From Felis catus (lineage: Eukaryota), in NCBI RefSeq assembly GCF_018350175.1, contig NC_058373.1, positions 100,628,001-100,692,000 of the forward strand: a stretch of DNA of 64,000 nt, read 5' to 3'. The notes under the pieces were generated by a model, which saw only the letters and a list, made by a program, of their open reading frames with translations, was not told the DNA's origin and did not search any database. This document shows positions 49,876-63,293 of this stretch, piece by piece. Made by a program: the position numbers and the translations under genes. Each line of letters begins with the position of its first letter. The stretch's first letter is position 1.

Positions 49876-51439
49876 GTAAAACACAGAAAAATTTTTTAAA
49901 AAATCAAAGAAATCAAGAACTGGTTCTCTGGGAAGATATACAATATTGACAAACCTTTAGACTCATAAAGAAGAAAAGGGAGAGGACTCAAATAAATAAA
50001 ATCAGAAATAAAGGAGGAGAAGTAACAACCAACATGACAGAAATACAAAGGATTATAAGGGAATATCATGAAAAATTTCATGCCAACAAACAGACAACCC
50101 ATAAAAAGTAGACAAATTTCTAGAAACATACAATCACCTAAAACTGAATCAGGAAGAAATAGGAAATTTGAACACATCAATTAGTAGTAATGAAATTGAG
50201 TTAGTAATTAAAAAAAAAACTTTCAATAAACAACCATAAACCAAAAAGCAACCTACCAAATTTACAAATGGTAATTTTGATAAGGGATTAATATCCAAAA
50301 TATATAAAGCACTTATACAACACTGAAAAAAGAAATAGCCTGATTAAAAAAAACGGGTAGAAGACCTGAATACTTTTTTTTTTCAAAGAAGACATACAGA
50401 TGGCTAACAGACACATATGAAAAGATGCTCAACATCACTAATCATCAGGGAAATACAAATCAAAATCATAATGAGATATCACCTCACACCTATCAGAATG
50501 GCTAGCATCAAAAAGACAACAAATAACAAGTGTTGGTGAGGATGTGGAAAAAGGGAACCCTGGTGCACTGTTGGTGGGAATGTAAATTGGTGCAACCACT
50601 GTGGAAGACAGCATGGAGGTTCCTCAGAAATTAAAAATAAAGGTACCGTATGACCCTGTAATTCCCCTTCTGGTGATTTACCTGAAGAAAATGGAAACAC
50701 TAATTAAAAATTGTATATGCACCCCTATGTTTAGTGCAACATTATTTATAATAGCCCAGATATAGAAGCAATCTAAGTGTCCATCCATAGATGAATGGAT
50801 AAAGATGATATAATATACATGTACAGTGGAATATTACTCAGTTATAAAAAATAAGATCTTGCCATGTGGCAACACAGATGGACCTGGAGGGTATTTTACA
50901 AGTGAAAGAAATTAGAGAAAGATAAAGACCATATGATTTCACTTATATGTGGAATATAAAAAACAAAATGAACAAACAAACACTCTTAAATATGGAGTAC
51001 CGGTGGTTGCCAGAGGGGAGGTAGGTGGCAGGGATGGGCAAGTAGATAGAGATAAGTAAGAGCTACAAACTTCCAGTTATAAAATAAAGTCACAGAGGTG
51101 AAAAGTACAGCAGAGGAAATATACCCAATAATACTGTAATAACACTGTATGGTGACAGATGGTAACTACACTTATGGTGAACATTGAGTAATGTGTAGAA
51201 TTATTTAATCGATATGTTGCACAGCTGCAATTGATATAACATTGCATGTTAACTATACTTCAATAAAAAATGGAAAAGAAGAAATGCGCCTATATTGCAA
51301 TATCACGTTGAGTATTAAAAACAAAAAAATAGGCAAAAATAATAATATTCCTAACTATTACAGCTTATTGAGTATTTATTATGTATAGGCACTGGGTCAC
51401 AGGCTTTGAGGGCGATTGCGTTTTGTTCTTCCAACCACA

Positions 51440-51911
51440 CTACTGGTCATTTGCTTTTTGTTCTTAATCCATTCTTTCCTTTCCCCTGGCTCTGGGTAGT
51501 ATCATAGGAGGTCACAATTCCCAGGTTTGATTGCTAACTGGTGGCCAATGAGAGTTCAAAAGAAGACGCTGGCGAGGAGAGAGAGGGAAGTCAGGGTATT
51601 TCTCTTTCTCTCACTGTCTCCGGTCTTCCACAGCAGCTGCATCTCCTCTGTGGCCCCAGCTTCTGCTCATAGCCCACTTCCCTGTTCTGTTCGATGATCT
51701 GGTATTCCAGGGTGGGGCTGGATCCTACATTCTGGAATATGTTCTTCCAGTTCTAGGAGTGGTGGTAGCTTTCTATTGTTGCAAACCTCTGGGTTGCCTT
51801 ACCTGTTTGGCCTCAACCCTTCCCTCACCTGTTTACCCCAAGTACCGCATTGAATTTACTTGGAAATACAAGAGTGGTTTCTGTCTTCCTGACTGGACCC
51901 TGACTGGCACA
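51440..51911 (+). mobile_element. ERVL LTR (LTR33-like) inserted in a MIR
   Basis: 'ggccaatgagag...gggaagtcagggtatttctc...gagtggtttctgtcttcctgactggaccctgactggcaca'; MIR-like halves on both sides. Confidence 0.7.
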
Positions 51912-53029
51912 ACCTCCAAGGGAGGCAGGCACTATTGAGAATCCATTTTAGGGCTGAGGGAGCTGAGGCTTGGCAATATTAAGTGATAGGCTTCAGGTCT
52001 CACTGCTAGCGAGTAGGGCAGTGCAGGCAATAGATATGGCCTTGGATCCCAGGAATTGGGTTTGGTTATGTAGGAAGTGGAGATCAGCAAAGGCTTTACT
52101 CAGAAGAAGGACATAATCAGAACTGTGTTTTGCAAAGGGCAACGGCAGAATGTCTTCCATCTCCAACATAGTAGCTTATTCCAACAAAACTACCTGGTTT
52201 CCACACAGATCTATGTTGCAAAAAGGCACAAAAGACCTTAACTGACATTGTCTGTATGTTCCTCAGTTTCTCTTAATTGTATGCTACATTTTTCTGCAAG
52301 TTGAGCTAAGAATTATTTCACCAATGAAAAGTCTCCTGTGCAAGCCCAACTATTACTACCTGACCAATCGAAGTCTTTGTGAACAGACTGTTTTCAAGTC
52401 TCTGTAGGTTGTGATAATCTGAAAATACTTCTTTCCTTGAGGAAATACTATCTGTAAATACTTCTTTCCTTGGGCCAGAGTGTGCCAGTGTACAAAGTGA
52501 ATCTATAGGATGTAAATTATCCATGAGAATATAAGATTTACTCTACACATTTATATGAATAAATGAGGCAAAATCATGTTTTAGTATTGACTTATGTCCT
52601 ACAGATATGCCTGAATTACCAATAAGTTTAATTATAAAAAAATTAGGCTATACTTCCCAATCTTAATGTATTTTCCCATGGACACATTGCCTTTTAATAC
52701 ATTTAGGCCCAGCCAGTTCAAAATGTCTCTTGCTGCTATAATGTCCTTACATATTAATATTCCATAGTTCTTTATCTGGATAAAAACTAGATTCATAAAA
52801 CTCATAAACTGCCCCTTTTCAGTTCTAGCACTTTCTTTTGTGTCCCTCACCTCTTTTCTAGCTTTTTACCTTTCTAACCTTGCATAGGATTATATAAAAT
52901 GCAGGCACTGATCAATGGGAAAAATTGTAAAAAAATGGAAAATAATCCAAAATACTTTAACATCCATTAATATGAAATTTCACTTTTGCATTTTACATTT
53001 TTAGTGAAGAGTCTTGTAATCCCATGAGA

Positions 53030-53260
53030 AGCTGCATGTATGATGATTAAGAACATGAATTCTTGAGCCTAGCTGTGAATCCAGACTACCTACTTGCTAA
53101 AAATTTATAGTTTGTATAGATCACTTAACCTCTCTATGCCTCAGTTCCATCATATATAAAATGAAGAATATGTCATAGGTTTGTTATGAACATGGAATGA
53201 GTTTAATAGGTTTGAAACATTTAGACTCGTGCTCAGCACAGTCAACAATTATTATTATAA
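53030..53260 (+). mobile_element. MIR
   Basis: 'tcacttaacctctctatgcctcagttccatcatatataaaatgaaga...ggtttgttatgaa'. Confidence 0.85.
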
Positions 53261-54519
53261 AATATTTTATGAGTCAGTCCATGGTTTGACATGGAAAATT
53301 TTTATTGCTACCATATAAACCAACAAAGGTAGGAACATTATTACATTTATGGGAGGAGAAAAGATAATGGTATGCAATACATTTCCCAACACTTAACTGG
53401 TAATATTAAACTATTTAAGCCTCATTTTAGTGGATACCAGTATCATTCATTCATTCCTGCCGTCGGAAGGGATGTTCTTGTATCTCAAGTCACTGGTGAT
53501 TGTTAACGCCACCAAGGCAGGTCTTCAAATTTGGAGCAAAAAAGAGGGTGAAGAAGGGGTCAGAGAGGGTACTGTAGCAGTTAGGGGAGGGACACTGGGA
53601 TCCTGTGGGAAACTCCTCGAGGGCTGATTTGCTGGTGTTCCCCTCTCTTTCCTCCCACTTCAGAGGACAGAGTTGCCTACTCCCATCCCCTCTGGCACTA
53701 CTTACTTACAAGCTCCAGATAGGGGTTCTTTGTGGCAGGCTAATCTGAAACATAATACCGGCTACAGGCTCTCTGTGCCCCCACTGAGGCAAGCACACAT
53801 TCACTTTTGCAGTTTCTAAATTTGGGAATGCATGCTGATGATAGAGAAAAAGCAGGGAGTTAAAGTGGAATGTGGGGCTCCCCTCTTGCTCTCTCTTGCC
53901 TGGGATTCCCTCCTTACTTCACGGCTGCGGTGGCTGCTCTACATTCTGTCCTTTGGCTCCTTACACAGCAAGATGGCTGGTTTTCTGTTGGAATTTTAGC
54001 CATCCCAGAGGGATCCTGCTAGTGCTATTCCTTTAGCTAGAAATTGTAAAAACGAAAACCTTACTCAGTACAAGTCCCTTCTTCCAAATGTTGACTCTTC
54101 TGCAGAATGTGCCTGCTTTTGGTCACTCTTCAGTGCCTGCAGACAGTTGTTTTTATAATTTGTCTGGAGTTTAGAGTCATTATCTGAAATGGTTGTTATG
54201 ATAGAAGTTTACTTGTCTAGTAACAGATATGGAACCCTGTATTGATCTAAAATTAACATTCACTGAGTTCTTAATTTCATTTACTGTATTTTTTCAGTTG
54301 TAGAATTTTCTAGTTTTTTTTTAAAATAGTTGTATTTAATTGTTAAAATTCTCAGTCTTGTGTTTTGATTCCCCAAATTTATTAATCATAATTATTATAA
54401 AGTTTGTTGCTTATACCTCCCTTATCTGGATCTACTGTAGGTCTGTTTTTTTAATTAAATTACAAATTCACCATCAATTAAATAGTCAAGACCAGACATG
54501 AAAAAGAAGATAAATTCAT

Positions 54520-55105
54520 TTCTTGATCTCATTCATCCTGCTAGCTGTAGCCCCATTTCTTTGTTTCTTTTCACCACAGTATCTTTGAGAGAATCCTTTA
54601 TTCTTACTTTTCTTCAATTATCTTCATCCATTTTTCCCCTTCAACTCAGTCTGACTAATCCTTCTCTTTTTTGCCTTTCACTGTTTTTATATGCCATGAG
54701 TGGCCTCCACATTGCTAAATCCAATGGTTAGTTGTCAGTTCTCATCTTTTTGATGTGTTGGTTGATTATTTCCTCCTCCTTGAGAAATTTCTTTACTTGG
54801 CTACCAGAACACTGCTCACTCACTGGTTGCTCCTTCTTTTTCTCTTTTATTGTTTTTTTAAATTGTATTTTCTTTCTGACCTTTTTCTTCCCTTTCCCCC
54901 TGCTTTTCTATCTTGGATTGACCCGGTGCTAAATTCTTCATCTTCTTTCTTTAGCTGTACTCATTCTCTTCGTGATCTCCACCATCATATAGTTTTAAAT
55001 ATATTATATTTATATTTATCTATATATTAAAACTCTAAAAATTACGTCTCCAGCCTAGATTTTTCTTTCAAATTCTAGACTTATATATTCAACTGTCTAC
55101 TTGAT
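54520..55105 (+). mobile_element. L2 fragment
   Basis: 'ggcctccacattgctaaatccaatggttagttgtcagttctcatct', 'tctccagcctagatt...ttctagacttatatattcaactgtctacttga'. Confidence 0.8.
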
Positions 55106-55109
55106 CTAT

Positions 55110-55578
55110 ATATGTGTGATTACAGGTGCTCAGTGATGAATAACCTAAAGGGGTAGTTAGAATTTGGGGTTTATACACCTAACACAGTAGGATGAGGGGA
55201 GGGGGAAGAAAAGTCTCCTATAGAGAGAACAAATAGATTTCTTTATGAAAGACAAAAGGGTTTTTAGGAGAACAATGAGATATAAGAAAATTTGTGATGT
55301 TTGTTTACGCAGGTGCCAGTGGTTTTTCTCTCTTCATGGCTCTGAAACCAACCCCCGCCCCCCCCACCCCGCCGGAGATTTATGGTAGGTTTACTCTCCT
55401 GGGAATTGGCCTATCCTGAAGAGGGAATTTATAGCAGCCTCATTTCTCAGAAGATTCTGCTTTCAGTAAAATACGTGAAGCTTCAAGAAGGCTTCCTTTT
55501 GCATTTGCTCAATCTCAAATGTTTTTATCCTAAATTAATATTTATACCACTTCTGGGGGTCTGAGTAAGTCCCTACCA
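55110..55578 (-). mobile_element. ERV1-type LTR fragment (MER34-like)
   Basis: 'gagggaatttatagcagcctcatttctcagaag...ctcaaatgttttt...taatatttataccacttctggggg'. Confidence 0.6.
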
Positions 55579-55810
55579 AGTCTTTACTCAGCTAGTAAGA
55601 CTCTCAGATACTGCTTTTGGAATCTGAAAACTTGGAAAAGCATCCTCAAAGGTTATACTACTCTCTCAGTTTTCCTCTTCTCCTGGATTTTGATTTTATA
55701 ATTCTATCTAGAGAAATCTCCAATGCCTTTCAGTGAATTAAGAAAGTATTTCATGAAACTTTTCTAGCTGTTTTTTTGTAGGAGGGTTGATTTAAAAATG
55801 GTCTACTCTT

Positions 55811-55992
55811 CAATCAGTTAAGCATCCAACTCTTGATTTTGGCTCAGGTCATGATTTCACAGTTTGTGAAATCAAGCCCTGGTGCTATTGCCATGGAGCC
55901 TGCTTAGGATTCTCTCTCTCCCCTCCTCTCTCGCTGCCCCTTTCCACTCTCATGTGCTCTCTCTCCTTCAAAAATAAATAAATAAACTTAAA
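55811..55992 (+). mobile_element. Slightly 5'-truncated Can-SINE
   Basis: TSD atggtctactct on both sides. Confidence 0.92.
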
Positions 55993-57022
55993 AATATGGT
56001 CTACTCTGCTATTGCAACAAGCAAGACATTTTAGGTATTGTTTGAAGGAACCCCCCCCCCCCAAGATAAGTAAGCAACGATTATCAGTCCTTCTGTGCCT
56101 CTTTAGCAATCCCTCAAAGTCTACAATATCTAGATGGTTAAATATGTTGTTTGCATGCCAACCAGAGTTAGTTCCAGGCTCCATCAACTGGAGGTGGTAT
56201 AAATAGATCTTCCATTTCCTGTAGGAACTAAAAATCTTCTGAGCTAACCCCCAAGTGTAACCCCAAGTGTACAGGACAAGGGATGGGACTTGTGAAACCA
56301 CTTTGTCATACTTGCTGCAGATGAACAAGCCAGTCAGGCAATAGAATGTGGGAGGTTATCCCACACTTCTCTCCACCCTCTCATGAGACAAACTTTACTC
56401 CACCTGTGTCTCTGCTTTCCTCTCATTCCTCTGTTGAGCTCTGATGTCTGCAAGGCTTTGGTTGCTTAACATATGTGAGCTGTACACACTCCTTTAACTT
56501 AACCATTTTATTAAAATCATCTTTCTTCTTAAATGTGGATCACTTATCATGGAGCCATTTCATATATATCATTTTGGAAGTTATTACTATTTATCATAAC
56601 AAGATCTATTCTATGATTTGATTCCATTTGTTACTTTTCATATCTACTGGAAGCTGATTGCTTTGAAAAAGCTACCTTCTCTCCACTACTTCACTCTTTA
56701 AATGACATTTGTTGCGGTAAACTAATTCCATTTTAATTGCTCAGAAACTTACTTTTTGAGATCGTCAACTAAATTGTTCAAAATTAGGTAGACAATATGT
56801 TACCTAAGTAGATGTGACCTTTTCCACATCTTTTCCATCAGATTTTATACTCTGTATCTGGTCCTGTCTTCTTTTTTACACACCACACAAATAATTTCAA
56901 TTTCAAACTTACAGATAGAACAATTTCTAAATGTTGAGTAACTTATATTATAACATATTCCCTTAAGGGAAAATGGGAACATCATACAATGTTCAGTACA
57001 TCATACAATGTCATTATTTCAT

Positions 57023-57242
57023 TTTTTTTTACATTAACTTTTTTAATGTTTTATTTATTTTTGAGAGAGCGTGTGAGCGAGTGGGGGAAGGGCAGAGATA
57101 GAGGGAGACACAGAATCTGAAGCAGGCTCCAGGCTCTGAGCTGACAGCACAGAGCCTGACACGGGGCTGGAACCCACAAACCATGAGATCATGACCTGAG
57201 CCGAAGTCTGACACTTAACCGACTGAGCCACCCAGGTGCCCC
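57023..57242 (-). mobile_element. Can-SINE
   Basis: TSD acaat(g/a)tca(t/c)tatttca. Confidence 0.96.
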
Positions 57243-58879
57243 ACAATATCACTATTTCAGTAGAAACAGTAACAACTAATGTTTATTGCTGGGCATGTTC
57301 CACACCTTACCCTTGGTTACACCTTTGGTTTCAACTCATTCCCTATGAGTTGAAGGTATCCTCTAGGACCCAGAATGATCCTGTGCATGTGTGGATTGTA
57401 AATATCCTTTTGGTTTAATGATATGCTTCAAATAAGGTTATGTCTTAAATGTGTTACACTTATTAATGGCCTTTTGTTAAGTTTATGATGAATACGTGTA
57501 AGTTTATTATTGTATTAAATGTTTTACCTACATTAACCTGTTTTATTCTAATTATGACTTACTTCATTTTATAAATGAAGAGATATATAGATGTATGATG
57601 TTTAAACAAGATAAAAGGTCATAATTGGAAATAGTGCAAGAAGGGTTAAAGCCCAGGTATTTTCTTTACAGCCTTAATATCTATGTTATGTTACAATTTT
57701 TAAAAAAGAGAACTTCATCTTTGTGTTTTGCTACCACCAGCATTAATACACACACACGTGCATGTGCACATGCACAAAGTTGCAGAAGACAGTGAAGTAA
57801 CTATAAGTAAAACAAGATCCATATCAGAACTATTACAACATTAAAGGGGAAAAGAGACCTGGCATAAAGATTGAGAATACACCCACAATTTCAAAGAGTG
57901 CAAAACCAGATGAAGATTTCAACAAGATTAGTATTAACTACAAAGGAGTAGAATTAAGAAATAGTTACTGTGAATATCTCAATAAAGCTAGAAAAAGTTG
58001 AAGTAGTTGCTATGAGAAAGGTATACACAATAATGCTCAAAAACTGTTCAAAACTTGAGAGCATAGTAAAAGAAAAAAAAGTCATTGAAACCTTTAAAGA
58101 GCATAATTTATTCAGAACAAAGATTAAGTTATAATAAAAATATATCTGTAAAGGAATATCAAGTCACAGCAAGATGTACAAAGCTAATGCAAAAAAGAAG
58201 TTGATTTATTCATACAACAACCCTTTTTTGAGTATTTACTACTGAGTACTATGTGTTGGAGATAACTCAGTGAACAAAACAGCTACAGTTGTTTATAGCA
58301 GTTTATATTCTACAGAGAGAAGATAGATGATAAACAATTAATAGATATGTGTATTAACACAATATATATGTGTATTACATATTAGGTGATAATGAGAGAT
58401 CTGGAGAAAAAAGACCATGATGAGGGAAACAGATTATCTTTGGGGTGGGGGTGAAATTGGTATTTCATATAGGGTGGTCAGGAAAGGCTTTGCTGATAAT
58501 GTGATCTTTGAGCACAGAGCTGAAGGAAGTGAGGGAATGAGCCACATGGACAATGAGGGAAGAACATTTTAGCCAAAGAGATCAGTAAATGCAAATCTTG
58601 AGAGGTGGTGACATGTTGAGAAACATCAGGGGGGACTTGGTTCTGAAGGTCAAGGGGATAATTATAGGAGTCAGTGAGAGAGACACTAGAGATATGTAGG
58701 GCTTTGAGGTCATTATAAGGCTTTTACTATGAGGATGATGGGATGCCTTTGGAGGGTTTTGAGCAGAGGAATGTCACAATCTGATTTATGCTTTAAAAGG
58801 ATCATTTGGCTGCTCTCTTGGGGATTCATAGGAGAAGACAAAAGAGGAAGCACGGAGATCATCTAAGAAGCTATTTATT

Positions 58880-59085
58880 TTTACTAAATTTTGTTTAATG
58901 TTTATTTATTTTTGAGAGAGAGAGAGAGAGAGAGCGCACAAGCATGAGTAGGGGAGGGGCAGAGAGAGGGAGACAGAAGATCCAAAGCTGACAGAGAGCC
59001 CAGAGCAGGGCTCAAACTCACAAACTATAAGATGATGACCTGAACCAAAGTCAGATGCTTAACTGACTGAGCCACCAGGCACCCC
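58880..59085 (-). mobile_element. Can-SINE inside L2
   Basis: Degenerate TSD ctaaga(a/g)g..attta. Confidence 0.92.
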
Positions 59086-60459
59086 CTAAGAGGTTTATTT
59101 AAAACTTCAGGGAGATGATTGTATGGGAGGGATGGAAATTGTGGAAACAGTGATAAGCGGTGGAATTTCAGAAATGCTTGATAATAGATTGCATGTAGGG
59201 TATGAAAGCAAGAGAAGGGCCAAGGATTATTCTAAGCTTTTAACTAGATGGACTGAATAAACACATTTTCCACTTACCAAAATGGAGAAGAAAGTAGGAA
59301 GAGCAGGTCTGGGAGTTGGGACATCTACCCAAGTCTGTAAGCTGGGAATTCAAAATAAAAGCCAGGGATTGAAAAAAAATGTGGGAATTGTCCATGTACA
59401 CATAACACATGGTCATAGAACTATATGAGATCATTAAGACATGAAGGTAAATCGAGAAGGAAAGAGGCCCAAGCCTCAGTCTGGGGAATTCTAACATCTG
59501 GAGGTCAAAGAGAGGAAATTTCCAGCAAAGTAAACTGATGCACAGTCATCAATGAGATAGGAAGAGAACCAAAAGAGAGTGGTGTGGTAGAAACCAAGAG
59601 GAAAAACAGCTATAGAAGGAAGACACAATCAATGGATCAAATGCCGTTGTGAGGTTGAATAAAATGAGGTCTGAGAATTGATCATTAGATTTATAATCAC
59701 TGATAATCTTGACATAATCAGTTGCAGTAGAATGGTAGTGACAAAATCCTGGCTGGAGTGATTTCAAGAGTGAATGACAGGAGAGGAGGTGGAGACAGTG
59801 AGTACAGATAACATCTTCAAGAAGTTTTCATGAAACAGAGAACGTAGAATGAAGTGGTAACTAGAGGGGGAAGTGGGGCCACATTTTTCTTTTCATAATG
59901 GGAGATATTATAGCATATTTATGGGAGTGATCTAGTAATGAGGAAACATTTGATGATGTAAAAGCAAGAGGGAACATTTCCTAATTTGATGTCTTAGGTG
60001 GGTTAAAGGGGATTTGACCTGTGCAGAAGTTAGCCTTAGCTGGGAGCTAAGGGCTGGCTGGCAAGGAGCATCTATAATCCATCTGCAGTAATAAGAAAGT
60101 CAGAGTGAGATGAGGTGACTACATCATATAGCAGTTTCACAGTAAAGTTTCTCACAGAAATGGGTAGTAAGGTGATGAACTGATTACGTAGAGAGGGAAG
60201 GAAGTTTAACATAAGAGAAGTGTGACCACTGGAGTAGGGAAATGCAGTAGGGTTGCCCAGAAGCACTAATGGTCTAGTTGAGGTTAGGTATCAAGAATTT
60301 TTTTTTTTTTAAAACAACCTACAGCACTTGGAAGTATAGCCATAGACAAGAATTTAAATTGAGACTCGTCAACATATTTATGTGTTCTTCTTTAGCCACA
60401 TTCACCGTGAGGTAGAGTGGGTAGAGAGTTGGATATATTTACAGCTGGATTTTACTAGA

Positions 60460-60941
60460 TGTGATGGTTAATTTTACGTGCCAACTTGACCGGGCTAAGG
60501 ATTACACAGATGGCTGGTAAACTATTTCTAGGCATGTCTGTGAGGGTGTTTCCAGAAGAGACTAGCATATGAATTGGTGAATCCCAATATGAGTAGGCAT
60601 CATCCAGTTCGTTGAAGGTTTGAATAGAACAAAAAGGCAGGTAAAGGGTAAATTCACTCTCTCTCTGCTTGAGCTGAGAGATCCATATTTTCCTGCACTC
60701 AGACATCAATGCTCCAGGTTCTTGGGCTTTCAGACTCAGATGGGACTTACACCATCAGCATGCCAATTATCGGGCCTTTGGATATGAATTGAATTACACC
60801 ACCAGTTTTCATAGCTCTTCACACTTTGCGGATAGCAGATTGTGGGACTTGTGTGCCTCCATAACTGCATGAGCCAATTCCTATAATCCATCTCCCCCTA
60901 TATATATAGGTTCTGTTTTCTGGAGAACCCTGACTAATACA
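60460..60941 (+). mobile_element. ERVL solo LTR (MLT2-like)
   Basis: TGTGATGGTTAATTTTACGTGCCAACTTGAC...GGAGAACCCTGACTAATACA; 5-bp TSD ctaga / ctagg. Confidence 0.92.
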
Positions 60942-61844
60942 CTAGGAGGGAAAGAGAGACAAGGTGGTTGAGGGTGTGTGTTTAAAATAACGGTCCACGG
61001 CAGCTAAGCTAGGTAAGGAAGAAGTGAAGCAGTGCACTTATGGATAAAAACATAGTCTAGGGTATGTCCTGAGAGTATCTGACTGAGGTAGAGTGGAAAA
61101 CAAGATTGGGAAGTGGAAGGTCAGAAATCGAAAAGCTAGAGATTGGAAGAATTATTAACATAGACATTGAAATTGCCAAGTAATATGTCAAGAATAGTAT
61201 AGGAGAAAGTGATAGTGGCCAGGTACTAATATTCCTCATGGTATGTGAGGGATGATCCAGGGGTCTGTGGTAGCTACAACAATGAGGAATACAGAGTAGT
61301 GAAATCCCAGGACATAATTTTCAAGACAAGATGTTTTTTAGGAAGAAGATAAGGATCATGTTATACAGGTGGCACAGAGGAGCAGGCAGTGCTCCACTGT
61401 CTACACTCGAGTATAAACTATCAATACTCTAGTCTCGGGTACGAGGGCTGTGGGAAAGAACCTCCACCACCTGAGAGGGCTAAAGGGAACAAGGTATTCT
61501 CAGGAAAGAGCCAGTTTCAATTACAGCAACAAGGTGAAGGGAATGTTCAGAGAAGAGGTTGTGCTTTGGGGTGGTTCGGTTGATGGTGAGCTGAGTTTGA
61601 GAGGGCACGTTTGAAGGTTTTTGGAAATCTGAGAAGGGTGGGAAATGGAATTCAATTAAGGGATGTTCAGAGTTGTGTGGAGATGAGGGTGATGGGAGAT
61701 GATCTTGGGCTTCATGTTCAGATGAACATAAGCAGGGATACTGGGAATGATCACATTGGTCCTTATGGTCTCAGAGCAGAGCATGACGGTGAAAATCTGA
61801 CCACTGTGGTGGAAGGAGGGTACAACATGTGACACGATTGTGTG

Positions 61845-62670
61845 GAGCTCTGGGCATATTTGGAAAATTCATTAGCAAAGCTATTGAATGTTGCAGTTTC
61901 TTTGTTGGAAGAGTTTTAATTACGGATTCAATTTCTTTGGTAGATATGGGACTGTTCAGATTTTTAATTTTTTTGTGTAATTTTTTTAAGTTGTATTCAA
62001 GTTCAATTTTTCAAGTTGTGTTTGTAAGTTGTATCTTTCAAGGAATCTGTCCACTTCACCTGATTTTTCAGATAAAATTTTATTATTTGATTATTGACAT
62101 CAAATTGTTCATATTAGCTTCTTACTATCTTTTCATTGTAGAGTTAATAGTGATGTTCCCCTTTTCCTTTGTGTTTACTGTTAATTTGTGTTCTTTACTT
62201 GATCACTTTTGCTAAGAGTTTATTAATTGGATTAATCTTTTCAAAGAACTTTTCAAAAAACTTTTGTGTTTGTTAATTGTCTCATTACATATATGTTTTG
62301 TCCGTCATTGTTTCACCCTTATTTTATTATTTTCTTTTTTCTACTTTGTTTTTTAAAATCTAATTTGTTATTCTTTTTCTTGATTTAGAAGTTGTAGCAC
62401 AGATTTTCACCTTCCTTCTTTTTTCATAAATGTGTTTAGAGCTATAAATTTTGTGCTAAACACTGGGTTAGCTGCATTCTACAAGTTTAGATATGTCATG
62501 TTTTCATTGTTCTTCTGATAAAGATATTTTCTAATTTCACTCATAATTATTTGTTTAACTTGGTTATTTAGAAGTATTTTACTTAATTTCTGAACAGTTG
62601 GAGATTTTCTAGTTGTCTTTCTGTTACTGAGTTATAATTTAAGTTCATGAGGTCAATAGAAGTCCTCTGG
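61845..62670 (-). mobile_element. Old L1M ORF2 fragment
   Basis: 'agagttttaattacggattcaatttcttt...ctgttcagattt', 'gctataaatttt..ctaaacactg..ttagctgcattc'. Confidence 0.8.
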
Positions 62671-63069
62671 TAATTTTTGCATGGTATCTTTTCATGAGCT
62701 GATTGTAGACATATATTACAGGTAGAAACCATATGACTTAATGGATTCGTTTGGTGGATGTTGAGGCAAGTGAAGGAGTTACCTCTATAAAAGTCATGTC
62801 TTCTGTTTTTTTGTGGTTCTTGGTACTTTCATTATCAGATTTCTTTAGGACTCTATGAGTGAGAGTCAGTGTTTCTAAAACTGATTTGGCCATGGAATTT
62901 TCAGAATACTTTGGAAAAATCTAAACTAGACCCTCTCTTTATATTTACGGAGTGCATCCTAAATTAACAATAGTTCATAATTAAATTTCACACTTATGGA
63001 AAACTCTCTTCAAAGTAATGTGGTTTTTCCTCTAGGGCAGAATTTATATGTTTTTGTTTTGTTTGTTTT

Positions 63070-63293
63070 TAATTAAAAATTTTTTTAACATTTATTTATT
63101 TTTATTTAATGTTTATTTATTTTTGAGAGACAGAGTGCAAGCAGGGGAGGGCAGAGGAAGAGGGAGACACAGAATCCAAAGCAGGCTCTGAGCTGTCAGC
63201 ACAGAGCCTGACACGGGCTCGAACTCACTGACTGCGAGATCATGACCTGAGCTGAAGCTGGATGCTTAACCAACTGGGCCACCCAGGCACCCC
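63070..63293 (-). mobile_element. Can-SINE, followed by a partial SINE-like purine tail to ~63368
   Basis: SINE body; TSD acatttatttattt. Confidence 0.93.

Larger units (their letters stand above)
48892..51341 (+). mobile_element. Carnivore L1, 5'-truncated and internally deleted (endonuclease region joined to ORF2 C-terminus and 3'UTR)
   Basis: 'gactttaacaccccacttacatccatggatagatcatc' (endonuclease); jump at ~50230; 3'UTR and A-tail; perfect 14-bp TSD ataatattcctaac at 48878 and 51342. Confidence 0.92.
58205..61600 (-). mobile_element. Long L2 remnant (3' tail to endonuclease region), interrupted by a SINE and an MLT2 LTR
   Basis: Tail 'tttattcatacaaca...ttgagtatttact'; 'tgaggtctgagaattgatcattagattt...tgataatcttgac' (RT); LGNFNVY (endonuclease GDFN motif) on - at ~61160-61180. 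Confidence 0.85.
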
